From the NCBI RefSeq assembly GCF_006345805.1, contig NC_043001.1, forward strand, positions 57,474,001 to 57,538,000: DNA of 64,000 bases. The letters run 5' to 3'. Positions 13,202 through 28,332 of the stretch are shown piece by piece. This DNA comes from Octopus sinensis (lineage: Eukaryota). Both the position numbers and the translations under genes were made by a program. The notes under the pieces are model-generated. The model saw only the letters and a program-made list of their open reading frames with translations, had not been told where the DNA came from and ran no database searches. Numbering within the stretch: the stretch's first letter is position 1; the number at the start of each line of letters is the position of its first letter.

Positions 13202-13250
13202 CATACATATATATATATATATATATATTCATATATATATATAATATATA

Positions 13251-13376
<126 letters not shown>

Positions 13377-13719
13377 TATATATAGGATGCCAAACTAGCT
13401 CAGTAGAATGAATTATATTTCATTTCTGGTATAATCATTATAGCAACGGACGTAATGAATTGTAATATTACTTTCCAAGTCCCAAATTACTTTAACTCAG
13501 CTATTCATCGTTTAAGATTTGATAAAGATTACAACAGCGAATTCCTGAGGTGATCCTTTTTCTTTCCTCAGTGTTTCCACTGCCTCACAATTTGGATCAC
13601 GCTTTCTTTCTGAATCTGGAGAATGTTAAGTTCAGCATCCCGGCACGGTGATAAAAAATTGGCTTCTACGAATCTGTCAGTAGTTAAACACTTGGACACA
13701 CACGAAGACACACGTATTC

Positions 13720-13734
13720 TACCTACCTACCTAC

Positions 13735-13797
<63 letters not shown>

Positions 13798-13798
13798 A

Positions 13799-13846
<48 letters not shown>
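13720..13846. repeat. (ATCT)n microsatellite
   Basis: Directly visible. Confidence 0.95.
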
Positions 13847-13850
<4 letters not shown>

Positions 13851-14458
13851 ATATGTATATATATATATATGTGTGTGTGTGTGTATGTGCGTGCGTGCGT
13901 GTGTATTTGTGTAGAGGTATAGAAAGAGAAAGAGAGATTTACATATATATGTGTATATATGTATATATATACGCACATACACGTATATGTGTGTATATTT
14001 ATATATGTACTTATGTGAGTATATATATATATATATATATATCTATATATATATATAGCATAGAGACGCAGGGGCTCAAACAAATGTACGTGTACGATAA
14101 CTGGAATATTCTATGTGTATAAATATGTATGCATGATTTAAAAGTTGATCCTGTGAAATGAATATCTGGGTTTGAAATGTTTTCCACTTTTCTTTATTAC
14201 CCTATACATACATATACATTTTCGTTTTTGGATAGTTCTTGAGAATTACTTTATCTTGCTTTCCTTAGAAATATTTACCAAGATGAGTTCCTTGTCAGAA
14301 TCTACCGCTCCATATCTATTTCTCTCTGTATATCATTCGCCTATCTTACACCCACCTACCTATGCACATATGCAAAGATATATACATGCTTACATACATA
14401 TATATGTATAAGCATGTATGTATGTATATATGTATGTGTATATACGTATATATATATA

Positions 14459-14499
<41 letters not shown>

Positions 14500-15689
14500 G
14501 TATGTATGATTGTATGTATATTTGTATGTTTGTATGGATGTAAGCATGTATATATGCATATAGGATTTTTCGCAACCCAAATCTTATCAATATAAGAAAA
14601 GTATGAAACTGCTGAAAATATCGTTTAGCATAAAAGATAGCAAAGGAAAAGATGATGGCATTCTTTATGAGCCTGAACAACGAAAAACATAGAAGTAGTC
14701 AGAAAAAAACTGTATCAGCAATAACAATATCGAGAAACAAGACAAAACCAAAACCTGAATGGAATAAAGAATAATATATATCTATAGCGGAGAAAAATCT
14801 TTCCTCCTCCATTGGCTTTCAGCTTTCGTGGTGGTTTTGCAACTTAATGATTCATCCAGATAATTCTACCACTTGACAGAAAGCTAAATCAACTGAAGTA
14901 CATACATTACCATAAACACTAAAAGACCATTTAAGCAACTATTTTTGGTTCCTAATTATCGCTGAAGAATCTACTTTCATTACTGCATGTGTTTGCAGAC
15001 AATTACTCTTTCTTCCTCTGTTTCTGTCTCCCTGTCTGTATTTCTCTGTTACACGCATACAGACACAGGCACACACACACAAGCACACACACACACACAC
15101 ACATGCACACACACACATTTATACCCTGAAAGCCATTCCAAAAACTTGAGTGTTCATATATACATTCATGCAGCATGTTATGTTTCTGTGCATATGTACA
15201 CACACACACACATACATACATACACACACATACATGTACATGGATAACAATAGACATATCTATACATGCAGATATACATATAATTCTCTCTCTCTCTCTC
15301 TCTAATATATATATATTATATGTCTGTGTGTGTATACAAACACTCACACAAACACACGCACACAAACACACACACACACTCACACACACGTACACACACG
15401 CACACACACACATACACACACATATATATATACATAAGTGGAGATGTTTGTATGTATGTTTATTGTATGTATTAGATTGATTTTTCTTTTGTTGCTCTTG
15501 ATAAAACCTATGAGAGAAAAGAAAAGCAAAAAGAAATATGAAGAAACAAGTAAACAAAAGCTACGAAAATATTCTAGAAATATGAAGAAGTTCTATTCTA
15601 GAGATACTAATTTACATTAGGGTCACATAACAATTATCGCCTCCAACACAACAGAAACATCATTATGCACGCCATCATCTTCACAGTCT

Positions 15690-15703
15690 TGATAATAATA
15701 AGG

Positions 15704-15772
<69 letters not shown>

Positions 15773-15829
15773 TAATAATAATAATATAAACAAAAGAAAA
15801 CATAAAAATATTCATCATCATCCTCATCG

Positions 15830-15862
<33 letters not shown>

Positions 15863-15870
15863 ACAATAAC
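15690..15870. repeat. (TAA)n and (CAT)n microsatellites
   Basis: Directly visible. Confidence 0.95.
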
Positions 15871-16583
15871 AATATGATTACAAACATCCAAAGTCCATGG
15901 AGAGTTAGTTTTGTTATCAGGCTGTTTTCAAGCTTTTTGATTCATGTTTTGTTTTCTGTTTCTTCTTTCTCCTTTCTATATATCCTTTTCGTATCCATTA
16001 GTATTTTTTTTGTTGTTTCTAGTATTTTCTTCTTGTTTAAAAAAAAATTCTTTTTCACTTCCCTAATCACATCAATGGATAATTCCTTTGGTCAGTGCTT
16101 TTGCATTATATTTCGCGGCATTCGTATCAGTAGCAAATATCATATTTCTCTCCTTTTGCTTCGGTCTCTCATTTCTCTCACTTTATCTCTCAGCCTTGCA
16201 GTGTTTCCTGTCTTGTTAGCAAGTATATAAATTTCACTGCTTTCATCTGCAAATTGAATAGTTAGGTATCTTGCTTTGGCGAACATTTCACTGTGATTTA
16301 CTGCAGTTGTATTTCTTTCATGATTCTTAAACTTATTTCTATTCCACTATGCACTCCGCATAAAGCATCATTGTTTATCATGTATTGACACCGAAATGAT
16401 AAATGGCAACTGAAAGAAAGTCAATGAGATGGGTTCAAACTTAAGTTAAAATAGTTTGCCTTTTTTACAGTATTCGGGGCATGAAAGTAGCTCCTCGTGT
16501 CTTGGCAGATGCAGAAAAACTACGAGTATCAGTTTCTTATTAGACAAGGGAAGCGGCAGAATATTTAAACATGAAAAATTTTA

Positions 16584-16998
16584 GGCGACGAGCTGGCAGA
16601 AACGTTAGCACGATTGGCGAAATGCCTAGCGGTATTTCATCTGCCGTTACGTTGTGAGTTCAAATTTCGCCGATGTCGACTTTGCCTTTCATCCTTTCGG
16701 GGTCAATAAAATAAGTACCAGTTACGCATTGGGGTCGATATAATCGACTCAATCCGTTTGTCTGTCCTTGTTTGTCCCCTTTATGTTTATCCCCTTGTGG
16801 GTAATAAAGAAATAGGTATTTCGTCTGTCTTTACGTTCTGAATTCAAATTCCGCCGAGGTCGACTTTGCCTTTCATCATTTCGGGGTCGATTGAATAAGT
16901 ACCAGTTACGCACTGGGGTCGATATAATCGACTAAGTCCGTTTGTCTGTCTTTGTTTGTCCCCTCTGTGTGTAGCCCCTTGCGAGCAGTAAAGAAATA
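16584..16998 (+). mobile_element. tRNA-derived SINE family B with duplicated body, near 15-bp TSD-like repeats
   Basis: Head ggcgacgagctggcagaaacgttagc..gagttcaaat (A/B-box-like); body ggtatttc..gtcgactttgcctttcatc..aagtaccagttacgca occurs twice; agaatatttaaacat (16558-16572) and agaatatttacacat (16999-17013) flank it. Confidence 0.9.
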
Positions 16999-17674
16999 AG
17001 AATATTTACACATATCTTTCTCCGTTCAGTGATGGTAAGAACAATGTGGTTAGTGACAATCTGGACGGCACATTAAATGTACATCCAAAGAGCCGTAACA
17101 TTCGCCTGCGATGTACTTCAGATTCCCTGCTGAGACCATACTGAAAGATACTAGGTCCAAGCCGTTAAACTTTAGTGTAAATACTTATATCCCTATAACG
17201 TCAGAAAGCTAAAGTTTAAATGGTAATGCCACAAGTTGACTGCTATTGGCTCCCAGTAGCTGACTGCTATTTGCTTTACGCATGCTAAAGTAAATACATT
17301 TCCATTTGTTTACTGTGGAATTTCTACAGAGAAATATAAAGGTACGGAATCGAATACTCTAAAGCATTTTACTAATCCTAAAAATCCCCAGGATTCTTTA
17401 AGAGATGCATGGATAGTTATAAGTTCTCATTTGGATCATCATTATGTTGCATATTACGGTTTCATTAAACTGATTCATAAGCTTAAGTAATAATTACGTT
17501 ATTCATGTAATGATAGAAATGAAAAATTATTGCATATTTCTATATCGCAGAACTTTAATGATTTTTGGTATGCTTGATCTTTGATCGTAAAACGAATAGA
17601 CTCGAATATATGAAAAAAATTAGATCCTCTTTTACATAATATCTATAATTAACTATCTACGCCTCAGAAAAACT

Positions 17675-18245
<571 letters not shown>

Positions 18246-18779
18246 AACGATAAAAGATTATAGATAGTAGCTAGATACTTGTACGCTAGATCGTAGGATT
18301 GTGATGTCGATATGTGGCAAGAAAACAGGCAAATATAATCAATGTTTAGTTTGACTTACCTTCCAAAATAAGGAATGATAATTTGCCGAACTGAGCCAGT
18401 ACATGTATGACGGAGTCAATGTATAAACAGACAGATGACTCGTTAGAGGTTAGATTATAACATTCTTATAGTTGAACGTCAGGTTTGGGTTGTTTCATGT
18501 TTATAGATCATAAACGAAGGAAGTAAGAAGGTATGCGGATAGTCTATTACAGCCGTTTCCAGAACAGATGCGCAGGTGGTGCATACCCCTGTAAGTGAGT
18601 GGCAAATACAACATTAATGTTGTGATCTATTCTATTATCAAAGTGAAACTGAGGTGTAAAAGAAGGGAGATGGAGGAAACAAAGTCATAATAGCATGACG
18701 ATTGTTATATATTATCTAACTGCACACTTAACTGCACTCCCGTCATCCTTATTATTTTTATTCATATAGTAAATCAATG

Positions 18780-19320
18780 CTCATGTTTAAATATATAAAT
18801 GTCATAGTCTTACCAGTGGTTTGTCGGTTTTACTTTTATTGTCATCGCTCATCTCCATTTCCTTACCATGCCAATCGTTAAGGCGACCTGTCGTGTTTCT
18901 CTTGTCTCACACTTTCAACACGATTTGTTGTCTCTCCGTTGTTCCTTTCGCACCCAATCCTTTAGGATACCCTTCCTGGCGTTCCTCATTTTCCGTCGCA
19001 TGTCTGAGCCGTAACACCTTATCCTGCTTATATCATTTTGTTTGCATGTCTACATTCCGCCATGTATTTTTTTCGTCTTTGTCCATTATCAGTTCGTTAT
19101 TCCTCTTTTCTTGAATATTATTTAGTTTGTATAATGTATAATTATTTTCTCTCTTGTTTCTATGTTCACTTTCCGTCGTGTTTGATCCGTTGTTTGTTTC
19201 CAGCTATTTTCCAGCACCTTCTCGTCGCTGACACCAACAAAGTGATCCATATTATCTTTAAAGATGTGAAATTGCTGTCTTCCTTCGGAGGATAACTGAG
19301 GGGGTATTTAGCGTCATTCT
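18780..19320 (-). mobile_element. LINE (RTE-like) 3' remnant
   Basis: Minus IRCYGSDMRR resembles LRWYGHVMRR, followed by a decayed G.R.RG.P-type region. Confidence 0.45.
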
Positions 19321-19424
19321 ATGTGTGCAGTTTCCGTTTGTTCTGTTTGTAGTTCTATATATGTTTTTAGCATATTATTTCACACACCACACACACACAC
19401 ACCACACACACACACACACATACA

Positions 19425-19504
<80 letters not shown>

Positions 19505-19516
19505 ATATTACTCATT

Positions 19517-19906
19517 ACTCTTTACTCTTTTACTTGTTTCAGTCAATTGACTGCGGCCATGCTAGAGCACCGCCTTTAGTCGAGCAAATCGACCCCGGAA
19601 CTTATTCTTTGTAAGCCAAGTACTTATTCTATCGGTGTCTTTTGCCGAACCGCTAAGTTACGGGGACGTAAACACACCAGCATCGGTTGTCAAGCAATGC
19701 TAGGGGAACAAACACACACATATACATATATGTATACATATATACGACAGGCTTCTTTCAGTTTCCGTCCACCAAATCCACTCACATGGCATTGGTCGGC
19801 CCGGGGCTATAGCAGAAGACATTTGCCCAAGATGCAACGCAGTGGGACTGAACCCGGAACCATGTGGTTGGCAAGCAAGCTAGTTACCACACAGGCACTC
19901 CTGCGC

Positions 19907-19907
<1 letters not shown>
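19517..19907 (-). mobile_element. SINE family A, full length
   Basis: Reverse complement begins ggcgcaggagtgcctgtgtggtaactagcttgcttgccaaccacatggttccgggttcagtccc (tRNA-like head) and ends tgactgaaacaagtaaaagagtaaagagtaa. Confidence 0.92.
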
Positions 19908-19950
<43 letters not shown>

Positions 19951-20024
19951 ATTATATATAATATATATATATATACAGAGAGAGAGAGAGAGAGCATGAA
20001 TATAAAATATATAGAGAGTGATAT

Positions 20025-20058
<34 letters not shown>

Positions 20059-21039
20059 GATATATATATATATATATATGTTTATATATATATATATATA
20101 GAAACATACACACACACACACACATATATGTATAGCTATTCCAGATGCAGGTGAATTGTCTACAAACATTCCTGTAAATATATGTACGGGAGATAATTGT
20201 TCAATTCTGTACACTGCTGTAGGCTATAAATCCCATTGACTTAAAACACGCGCTGATGTCCACTTGTACCGATCAAAAACACAGGTTTTTAGATGTTGTT
20301 TTAGGTTGTTCAGTGAGGACAAAAAGTGGTTTCTCATCTCTGCTCCGTGGATACTTGAAGATTTAAAGTCTTGGAGACCAAAGCTTGAACTTCCTTCTAG
20401 CAGACTTCTATATAGCAATATATTAACAAGAGATGTATTTTACATTGCAATCATTTAAGGTAATTTCCAGGATTGACCAAATTTGAGTTTTTATGGGATA
20501 TTGGAAAATTGCGTCATCAATTTGCAATTTAAGAAAAAAATGTTGATATTTGGCTTCTAGATATTCTGAGACCATGCCCTATCAAACGTAGTTGCATTTG
20601 TTTCAGTATTGCAAACAAACGATAGTAATGATCTGAACCTGCGAACACGTATTTGAGGGTGTGATTTCGTCTGATTATGCCCTTAGAAAAAGCAAATGTG
20701 AGCGCCACATAGTTTTTTTTTTTTGTTTAGGACTGAAAATACCGTTTCTCCCAATGAGCTAACGGTAAATACAAAACCATATGGCCACTAGTCTTTGTGC
20801 ATTTTAGGATGTAATCAATCAAAATTGCGCCCGCTAAATCGTACTGCAAGTCTGAAAGTTTCTCTATCCGAAATCTTAGCAACTGCTTTCAAGTCATCCT
20901 TAAGTATGTCATCCTTAAATGGTTCAGCTTTTATGCACGCTATTGATATACCGTCGAATTTATGTGAACATTGGAGAAAGTTTGATGTCAATAAAGTAAG
21001 CTTCAATATTAGAATCAATCTGAATACATACTTCATACA

Positions 21040-23100
21040 AGTTAGATTTGGTTCATCACAAAATGCGCTTGCAAGGATGCATTTAACATAGATTCAAACG
21101 ATCCTCCGTTTTCAGGATAGAGAAGAACTTATATTTCAGATCTAAATGCACGGGAGTTCAAAGATGGAATGATTAAATGTGCAGTGCTAAGTGAATTAGA
21201 TGGGAGGAGCCAGGGGCTATAGAGACAGGTAACGGCGAGAGGAGCAAAGATAGTTCAAGAAAACTTAGGTTTTAATTATGAGACTATCATGGGAGTAGTA
21301 TTAGAGGTGGATAATATGAAGATGAATACAAAGGTGGGCTAGATAGTGCATAAAAGTTAGTCTGTTGTGTTGGGCTTGATAAAGTTTAGGGATGAATGCA
21401 ATATAATTATTAGTTGAGACGGTGAGAAAAGAAAAGGTACTTATTTGAGGGAAGTAAAGTGTCTAGATCTGTAGCATAGGGAGATTATTAAGATATGTAG
21501 AAAGGCACGAGAGAAACAGAGAGGATGAGCAGTCAAGGGAATCAGTTGCTTGTCAAGATTGCGGTAGTTGGTAGGATAATGGATTTGTCTTCGTACTGGA
21601 GGAGGAGTACGGTGTTATGTAGAGGTATGTAGAATTGAACAAAGGGAAGTGACTTGAGAGGTGGGACAGGTATGTATCCAAATGAGTGAGATAGTAGCTA
21701 GTGCTTTTGGTTGTGGAGGAGAAACGAGAGAAGAAAATTGTGTTGGTGGGGAGACTGATGGAGATGGGTTGTAGTGGATTAGTGGGTTAGAAGAAATTTG
21801 CAATGGTAACAATGAGAAACAAATGTTTAATAAGGAGATTAGAATTAGTTGAGATGTTAAATTGCTAGGCTAACCTTGTTGTACCTCAAGGTTAATTTTT
21901 AGTAGGGGCAATTATAATTATGGGATTAAATAGATTGAATAATATGCGCAGATGATGAGTAGAACCTGTGTATACATGAGAGTATTACATCCTAGAATCT
22001 ATTAAATAATTAATGGTTGTAATGGCGAAGGCTGCTTAGCGATTCTCGTAAACATAATTTACACATCTTATATTTGCGTAGTATGTGAGAACTTCACTCA
22101 CAATGGACCAGGTAAAGGTATAGGGAATATTTTCAGGTTTAAGTTTGTGTATATAAGTTGCTGAAGAGGTAGATGATTTAGAATTTGGATTGGAGAAAGA
22201 GTTCATGTATGCAGGATAACAGCAATTGAAATCAAAACTATCGCCGATAAAGACCCTTGCTTTGTGTAAGTGTGGTGTTATAACATGACACTTGTAGACA
22301 ACATTTTTATACAGGCAAAAACCTTCAAGACAGCATAGTTGCGAAAGCCGACAATTGCAAGTCATCCTACCTGCTCTGCGGTTGGAGTTTGCTACTGAGG
22401 AGGTCAAATTCAAGTGTCTCGTTATTAGTGAGGAAGAACCTGAAGTATAATCTGCATCATTATTGGATTGAGAGGAGTATCACTGGTATTATATGTGGTC
22501 ACATGTGTAGAGCCGTGTGAAGATGCGTTGAGTCTGGTAAATCTTTACCTAAAATTTTCTTTAAAATCTTAACCTCTAACTTACCACCAAAGCATAAATA
22601 CTACCCTTTCTTTAATAAATCACCAGTTAAAATCTCGTAATCTACCATACCTAATTTGCTATCCATAATCGCCACATCTAACACAGTAACACCAGTAACA
22701 CACTTCGATTAAATAATATCAGACTCAAGAAATCTTCCCACAATTCTACCCTAAACATTAACAAACTCAACACTATAGGCTACCATTTATACATTATCTT
22801 CCCCAACCTCCTATTTATCTACCTACTACCCACATTTACTACTTCTTCGTTAATGACCTTATTATTAACCCTTCACACTTTTTGAACTCTCTTTTCTCTT
22901 CTCACCATTCTTTGTCTTGATTATCCCTCGTCCCCACTCTCAACTCTTAACTCTCCACATTTACTCATCCTATCTTTGAAGTTCTGTGCATTAAGATCTG
23001 AAACGTAAGATCTTCTCTACCCCGATGAGGGAATTTCCTCTCAACCTATGGTAAATGCATCCACATGGTCGGACTTTGTGATGAAATATATCTACCAACA
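21040..23100. mobile_element. Penelope-like element remnant with inverted terminal repeats and GIY-YIG endonuclease fragment
   Basis: ORF 22036-22413(-): CNCR..CCLEGFCLYKNVVYKCHV..VFIG..SF..STS.ATYIHKLK..TWSIV (PLE GIY-YIG). Plus 22580-22685: LPPKHKYYPFFNKSPVKIS*STIPNLLSIIATSN (RT-EN linker). 21050-21165 and 22975-23095 are inverted copies. Confidence 0.8.
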
Positions 23101-24453
23101 TTATTATGGATTACCGAGCCCGCAGAGACAGCTATTGGACTTTCTTTTAGCCTTTTAAGTTACTCTCTCGCTTGTAGTCTGTGTAAGTTGGACATACTAA
23201 TATACATATCAATACAGAATACATGTAAATTCATCATATGAAAGTTTCCACTTTTGCCTTCTTTCGTTTTCCATGTATAAACACACACACATAAACACAC
23301 ACACACACTCACACACACTCACACACACACACAAACACACGCACACATACACACACACATACACTCGTATATATATATTATTTCCTGATTACTTAATTTG
23401 TATACTCCCATAGCTGACTCTGTACCCACAGAACAAGATCCCTCTTATAACCCTACTGGCAAAGCGTGCGAAGACATCGGAGTCTAAGTTTGAAACTTTT
23501 GAGTACTACTTGGTGTCTTCTATACAGATAATATCTGGATGTCATGTGTGAACTATATATATATGTGTGTGTATGTGTGTGTATTTATATGTATATGTAC
23601 ATATATGTGCATGTATGTATGTATATATGTATATACGTATATGTGCATGTGGATTTTTGTTGAGATTCAAAATGATGTGCATCTATAATTGTTTGTATTT
23701 ACTCGTGTGAGTGTTAGCGTGATTATTAATGGCATCAGCTGAAAAATCTGTGCCTGTATATATATATAATATATATATATATTATATATATATATATATA
23801 TTTATTTATTTGTTGTTTATTTATATACACGCACACGCGACACAAACACACACTCATTTATTTATATATAGGTATACAGTGATATGTTATTCCGGAACAC
23901 ATTGCACCGCTAATGGAGTTTCGATGTCATTGTTGTCAGGACATAAAGAGAGCTGCGAATGTTGTTGTTCATGTTTTTCTCTCGTTGATATTATTGTTTT
24001 TGCCCTTATTATACATGTCTATTTTGCCCTCGCCTTTCCTTTTGCTGATTTTATCCAAGTATATATTTATCATTTCATAGCACTCGCCTTTGTCTCTGCT
24101 CTATTTTTATATCTTGTTTTCTTTTGGTTCCAGTTGTCTCACTCAGAGACGTTGTTTTCCCATAATTTATTATACATTTTCAGCAAAAATTAAATTTTAT
24201 ATAGTTATTTATAGTTATTTTCATGTGCAGTCATGGCTTTGGCAGTAACCTTTAAAGCGAGACATTTCCAGCAGTGGCAATAGACTAATTCAAACAAATA
24301 ATTTTCAATGCAAAACATATGTTTCTTATTTTTCTTCATATTATCACATTTATGCCCACTATTCTATGATTTTAGTGTGTGTGTATGTGTGTGTGATCTC
24401 ACTTTCACTTTGCACATACCACACACACATATATATACACATATACATACATA

Positions 24454-24535
<82 letters not shown>

Positions 24536-24720
24536 TATATATGGATAGATAGATAGAGAGAGAGAGAGATAGCTAGCTAGCTAGCTAGCTAGCTAGATAG
24601 ATAGATATATAGATAGATTGATGTATATGAATATTTCGGTGACACTTTAATAATTTTAGGCGCAAGAGTGGCTTTGTGGTAGGTTGTATCTTCTTCACTT
24701 TGTTCCAGGTGCCACCTGAC

Positions 24721-26255
24721 CTCAGCGAGCTGTTTTCTCATTGGTATCTCCCATGACGTAAATTTGAAGGAATGAGCGTCCAGTGTTGTTGACATGAAGA
24801 ATAGAGCCTACTCTATGATAGGTTTGACCGTGAATTTTGAACGTTGATTAATTATTTATTTATATGTTGTAATTGTGTATTGCTACTTTCTATATTCTTT
24901 TATATTTGTATTGCTGTGTATTGTTTTTTGAGTTTTTGGTTAGATAATATTAATTAGAGAATACTGTTTTCTGGAAGGCAGAGTTATAAGCGTGAATTTT
25001 CTGTCTAAAATGCTGCAAATCAGGGTGTTGACCACGGAGTAAAGAGAGCGAAAGCTGAGGAGTGCTTTGCAGGTCAAGCAAGCGAATCTTTCCGTTTCAA
25101 TAGGATAGGCCACTGGATTCTCCAGTCTATTTAAGGGCCTTGCAAAATAGACATATTACAGACACATCCACCCGTATCTCGATGAGTAGTGTAATCCTCG
25201 GCGGGATCAAGAGCCTTCCGGTGAACATTAGACTCAGGTCACAGCCAGTGAACCTTAGTTTGAGGTTATCGTCATCTTCCAGCCTCTCAGCAGAAGTGGA
25301 TGCAGCCCTTGCATCAACAGCACACACTTGATAGGTTTCATGCTGCTCTGGAGTAATTGCAGCTCTAGCAGCAGCAGCTCTTTTCAACCGTCTACAAGAC
25401 CTCTGATCCTCAGTTTCCACAGGCTGCAAGCGCTGCTGCCTTGTCGCTGCAGATGACTTTCTGACAATGCGTGCTCTCCTTTTAAGTGGCATCCTTGTAT
25501 TATTTGGAAAAGGAAAATGGGTTTTAGTGTACCAAGTGATTATCGATTCTATTATAAGGTAACAAAAGTAATTTTATTCTGTCTTCCCACATACCTTACA
25601 CATAAAGTAACAGCGAATGTCGCATAATCTGAAATTGGTATGGAGCACTCTGAAAGATATGTATAGCTCTCGCTAGTGAAAGCAAAACTCTTATTTAAAG
25701 GTTGATTCTTAGGGACGAATCATATATGACTATTTAACAAAGGTTAGAACGACAATACTAAAACTTATTTGAAACAATGGACAACAGTCGAAATATCATA
25801 ATTGCTTGGAAAACAAGCATCTTTAAACTGAAACAACGCATTGGTAGATAAACAAATCTATTAATAAATAGAAGAGGGGAAATCGAACATCACCTTTCAA
25901 GTAACTCAAAATAGGTAAAGTTTAATGCAGCTTAAATACAAAAATTAAGATTGTTTGGTATTGGATATTCATCGCATATAGTGTTCCTGTTCAATTTAAT
26001 CCAAGTCGCTGGCGGACAGTCGAAATAAATAGAAAAACTCCTTTCACTTTTATAAGATTTAAAAAAGTAAGGACGACCCTACATACAAACAAAATATGTC
26101 CATTTACGTCCATTTACGCAGATCTACGCAAAATTTTATAGTTCATGACCATCCGTGGGACGTAATTAATGTATATGTAAAGTTTGGAGAAAATCGGTGG
26201 AGAATTGTGGAAAAGTATACGTTAGTCATTATGCACAGAAATACTGTGATTTATA
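24721..26255 (-). mobile_element. Helitron 5' remnant (N-terminal RepHel, pseudogenised)
   Basis: Minus: MPLKRRAR..ETEDQR..RL; SVICLFCKALK*TGESSG..NGKIRL..P..L..G..FRQKIHAYNSAFQ; STFKIHGQTYHRVGSIL..FLQIYVMGD. These are the conserved pre-Rep motifs of Helitrons. 5' boundary approximate. Confidence 0.85.
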
Positions 26256-26268
26256 TATATATTTATAC

Positions 26269-26322
<54 letters not shown>

Positions 26323-26867
26323 TGAGTTTTCTTCTGTGTGGCTTCAAACTAATAGACTCTAACACTGAGTGTTAAATTCGGTATGCCACAAGAATTACTG
26401 ATTTGACCTATAATTGGATGTGATATTGTGACTACTTTTTTAAAGCGGTTATAATTGTCTTCCTGCGGAGCAGGTTAACACCAGAGTCTTTCTGCCCCTT
26501 TTTATCATATAGCTGAATTAAATGGCCTTGTCAAGTTTTGACAAAACGTTTGCCTTCAGACTTCTGTTGTACTCATATATGCATACATACATACATACAT
26601 GCATACATACATACATACATACATACATACATACATACATACATACATACATACATACATACATAGAAATATTAATGAGTAATTTTACATTAAATAGAAA
26701 TTTATTCATATGGGAAAAGAAGGTATGCAATGCATGTGTTCCGTATATACATATCTCGCGTCTAATACATGCACACACACACACACACAACACACACACA
26801 CACACACACCACACACACATTCACACACACACACACTCTCTCTCACACACACACACATATGGGAGTA

Positions 26868-27360
26868 CAATTTCGATTGGTTGAATTATGTTTGTTACAC
26901 ATTTCAACTGCTAAAGGCAAATACACTGCGGTTACCATGGAGAAAAATCTCTCTTATGATAAAAAGGTGAGCAAACACCAGTTCGTTCAGTGTCGCCATC
27001 TGTTAGGAACCACAGGCATCGATGTTTCCAGCTCTTTTATTCTTGTCAATGAGATGTATCTAAGAGAGGTAACTCTGAACGAACTCAATAAAGCTTGTAG
27101 CTTTATATATAATTCCGTCAACACGTTGACTGATTTGCGCTAGTAGATCGCTCGATGTTGGGTACATCTCATTGACAACAGTTAAAACACACAAAACATC
27201 GATGTGTGAAATTCCTAAGAGATGGCAACACTGAACGAACTGGTGTTTTCACACCTTTTTACAACAAGTGAGATTTTTTTCTCCACTGTAACTGCAGTGT
27301 ATTTGCTTTTAGGAGTTGAAATATGCGACAAAACATGTTTCAACTAACCTAAATTCTGAA
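26868..27360. mobile_element. Fold-back MITE-like element with ~200-bp inverted arms
   Basis: aaacaccagttcgttcagtgtcgccatct..catcgatgttt..gtcaatgagatgta pairs with tacatctcattgac..aaacatcgatg..agatggcaacactgaacgaactggtgttt. Confidence 0.8.
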
Positions 27361-27407
27361 CATATCTATACACTGCTTTGCGACAATGTTTTTTATATTA
27401 TATATAT

Positions 27408-27464
<57 letters not shown>

Positions 27465-28091
27465 TATATAGTTATTCAAACGAGGGCTAATCCACTGCCT
27501 ACACGTCGATCAAAAGATACCTAAACCAAAAGTAGTTAGCTTTGTTGTCTAGGGACCCAATGTTGACTCGCAGAAGATTGAAAATAAGTAGAAAACATAG
27601 ATGGAGAAGAAAGACGTATTAGTAAAGAAATAATATACTGGAGTGAGTAAACGGAAAGAATAAGAATAGGAATAGGGGGGGAGATGGCGACGATTAAGTG
27701 GAAATAAGTTATTATGGAAGCTAGCTAAGGGAACGAATTTGTGTATTTTGGCTGAGGATATTTACGGGTTTACTGTGGAGTAAATAAGTTAATATATTGT
27801 GGCAATCAGAAAATACATTTAATTAGAGTTAAAGAGAAAGGTTAAAGCGTGGTAACAGATTACGAAATTGTTAGGAGGAGGGAAAGGGAGGTGGGATGTA
27901 GTGTTTTTGCTCAGTAGAGGGACATAGTAGTTCTAGGTAAGTTGTTTGGTTATCACCTAGTTTTAAAACTACATTAGCGCATTTTGTGTGCCTGTAGTGT
28001 CTAGTGAGTGTGCGCGTGCGCGTTAACGCTTACATATTCTTAACAAGAGAAAGAAGATTTAGAGTGTTAAAGATGTTAGCAAAAATATAAA

Positions 28092-28261
28092 GGCATGGGA
28101 GTGGCTGTGTGGTAAGTAGCTTGCTTAACAACCACATTGTTCTGGGTTCAGTCCCACTGCGTGGCATCTTGGGCAAGTGTCTTCTACTACTATCGCCTCG
28201 GGCCGTCTAAAATCTTGTGAGTGGATTTGGTAGACAGAAACTGAAAGAAGTATATATATAT

Positions 28262-28332
<71 letters not shown>

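Noticed and set aside
23729-24193. 154-aa hydrophobic ORF
   Set aside because: It begins in a microsatellite, the T-rich composition explains the hydrophobicity, and no family motif is visible
27470-28000. Further Penelope 3' remnant or ribozyme
   Set aside because: Composition resembles the 21200-21900 region, but no clear protein or hammerhead motif could be read
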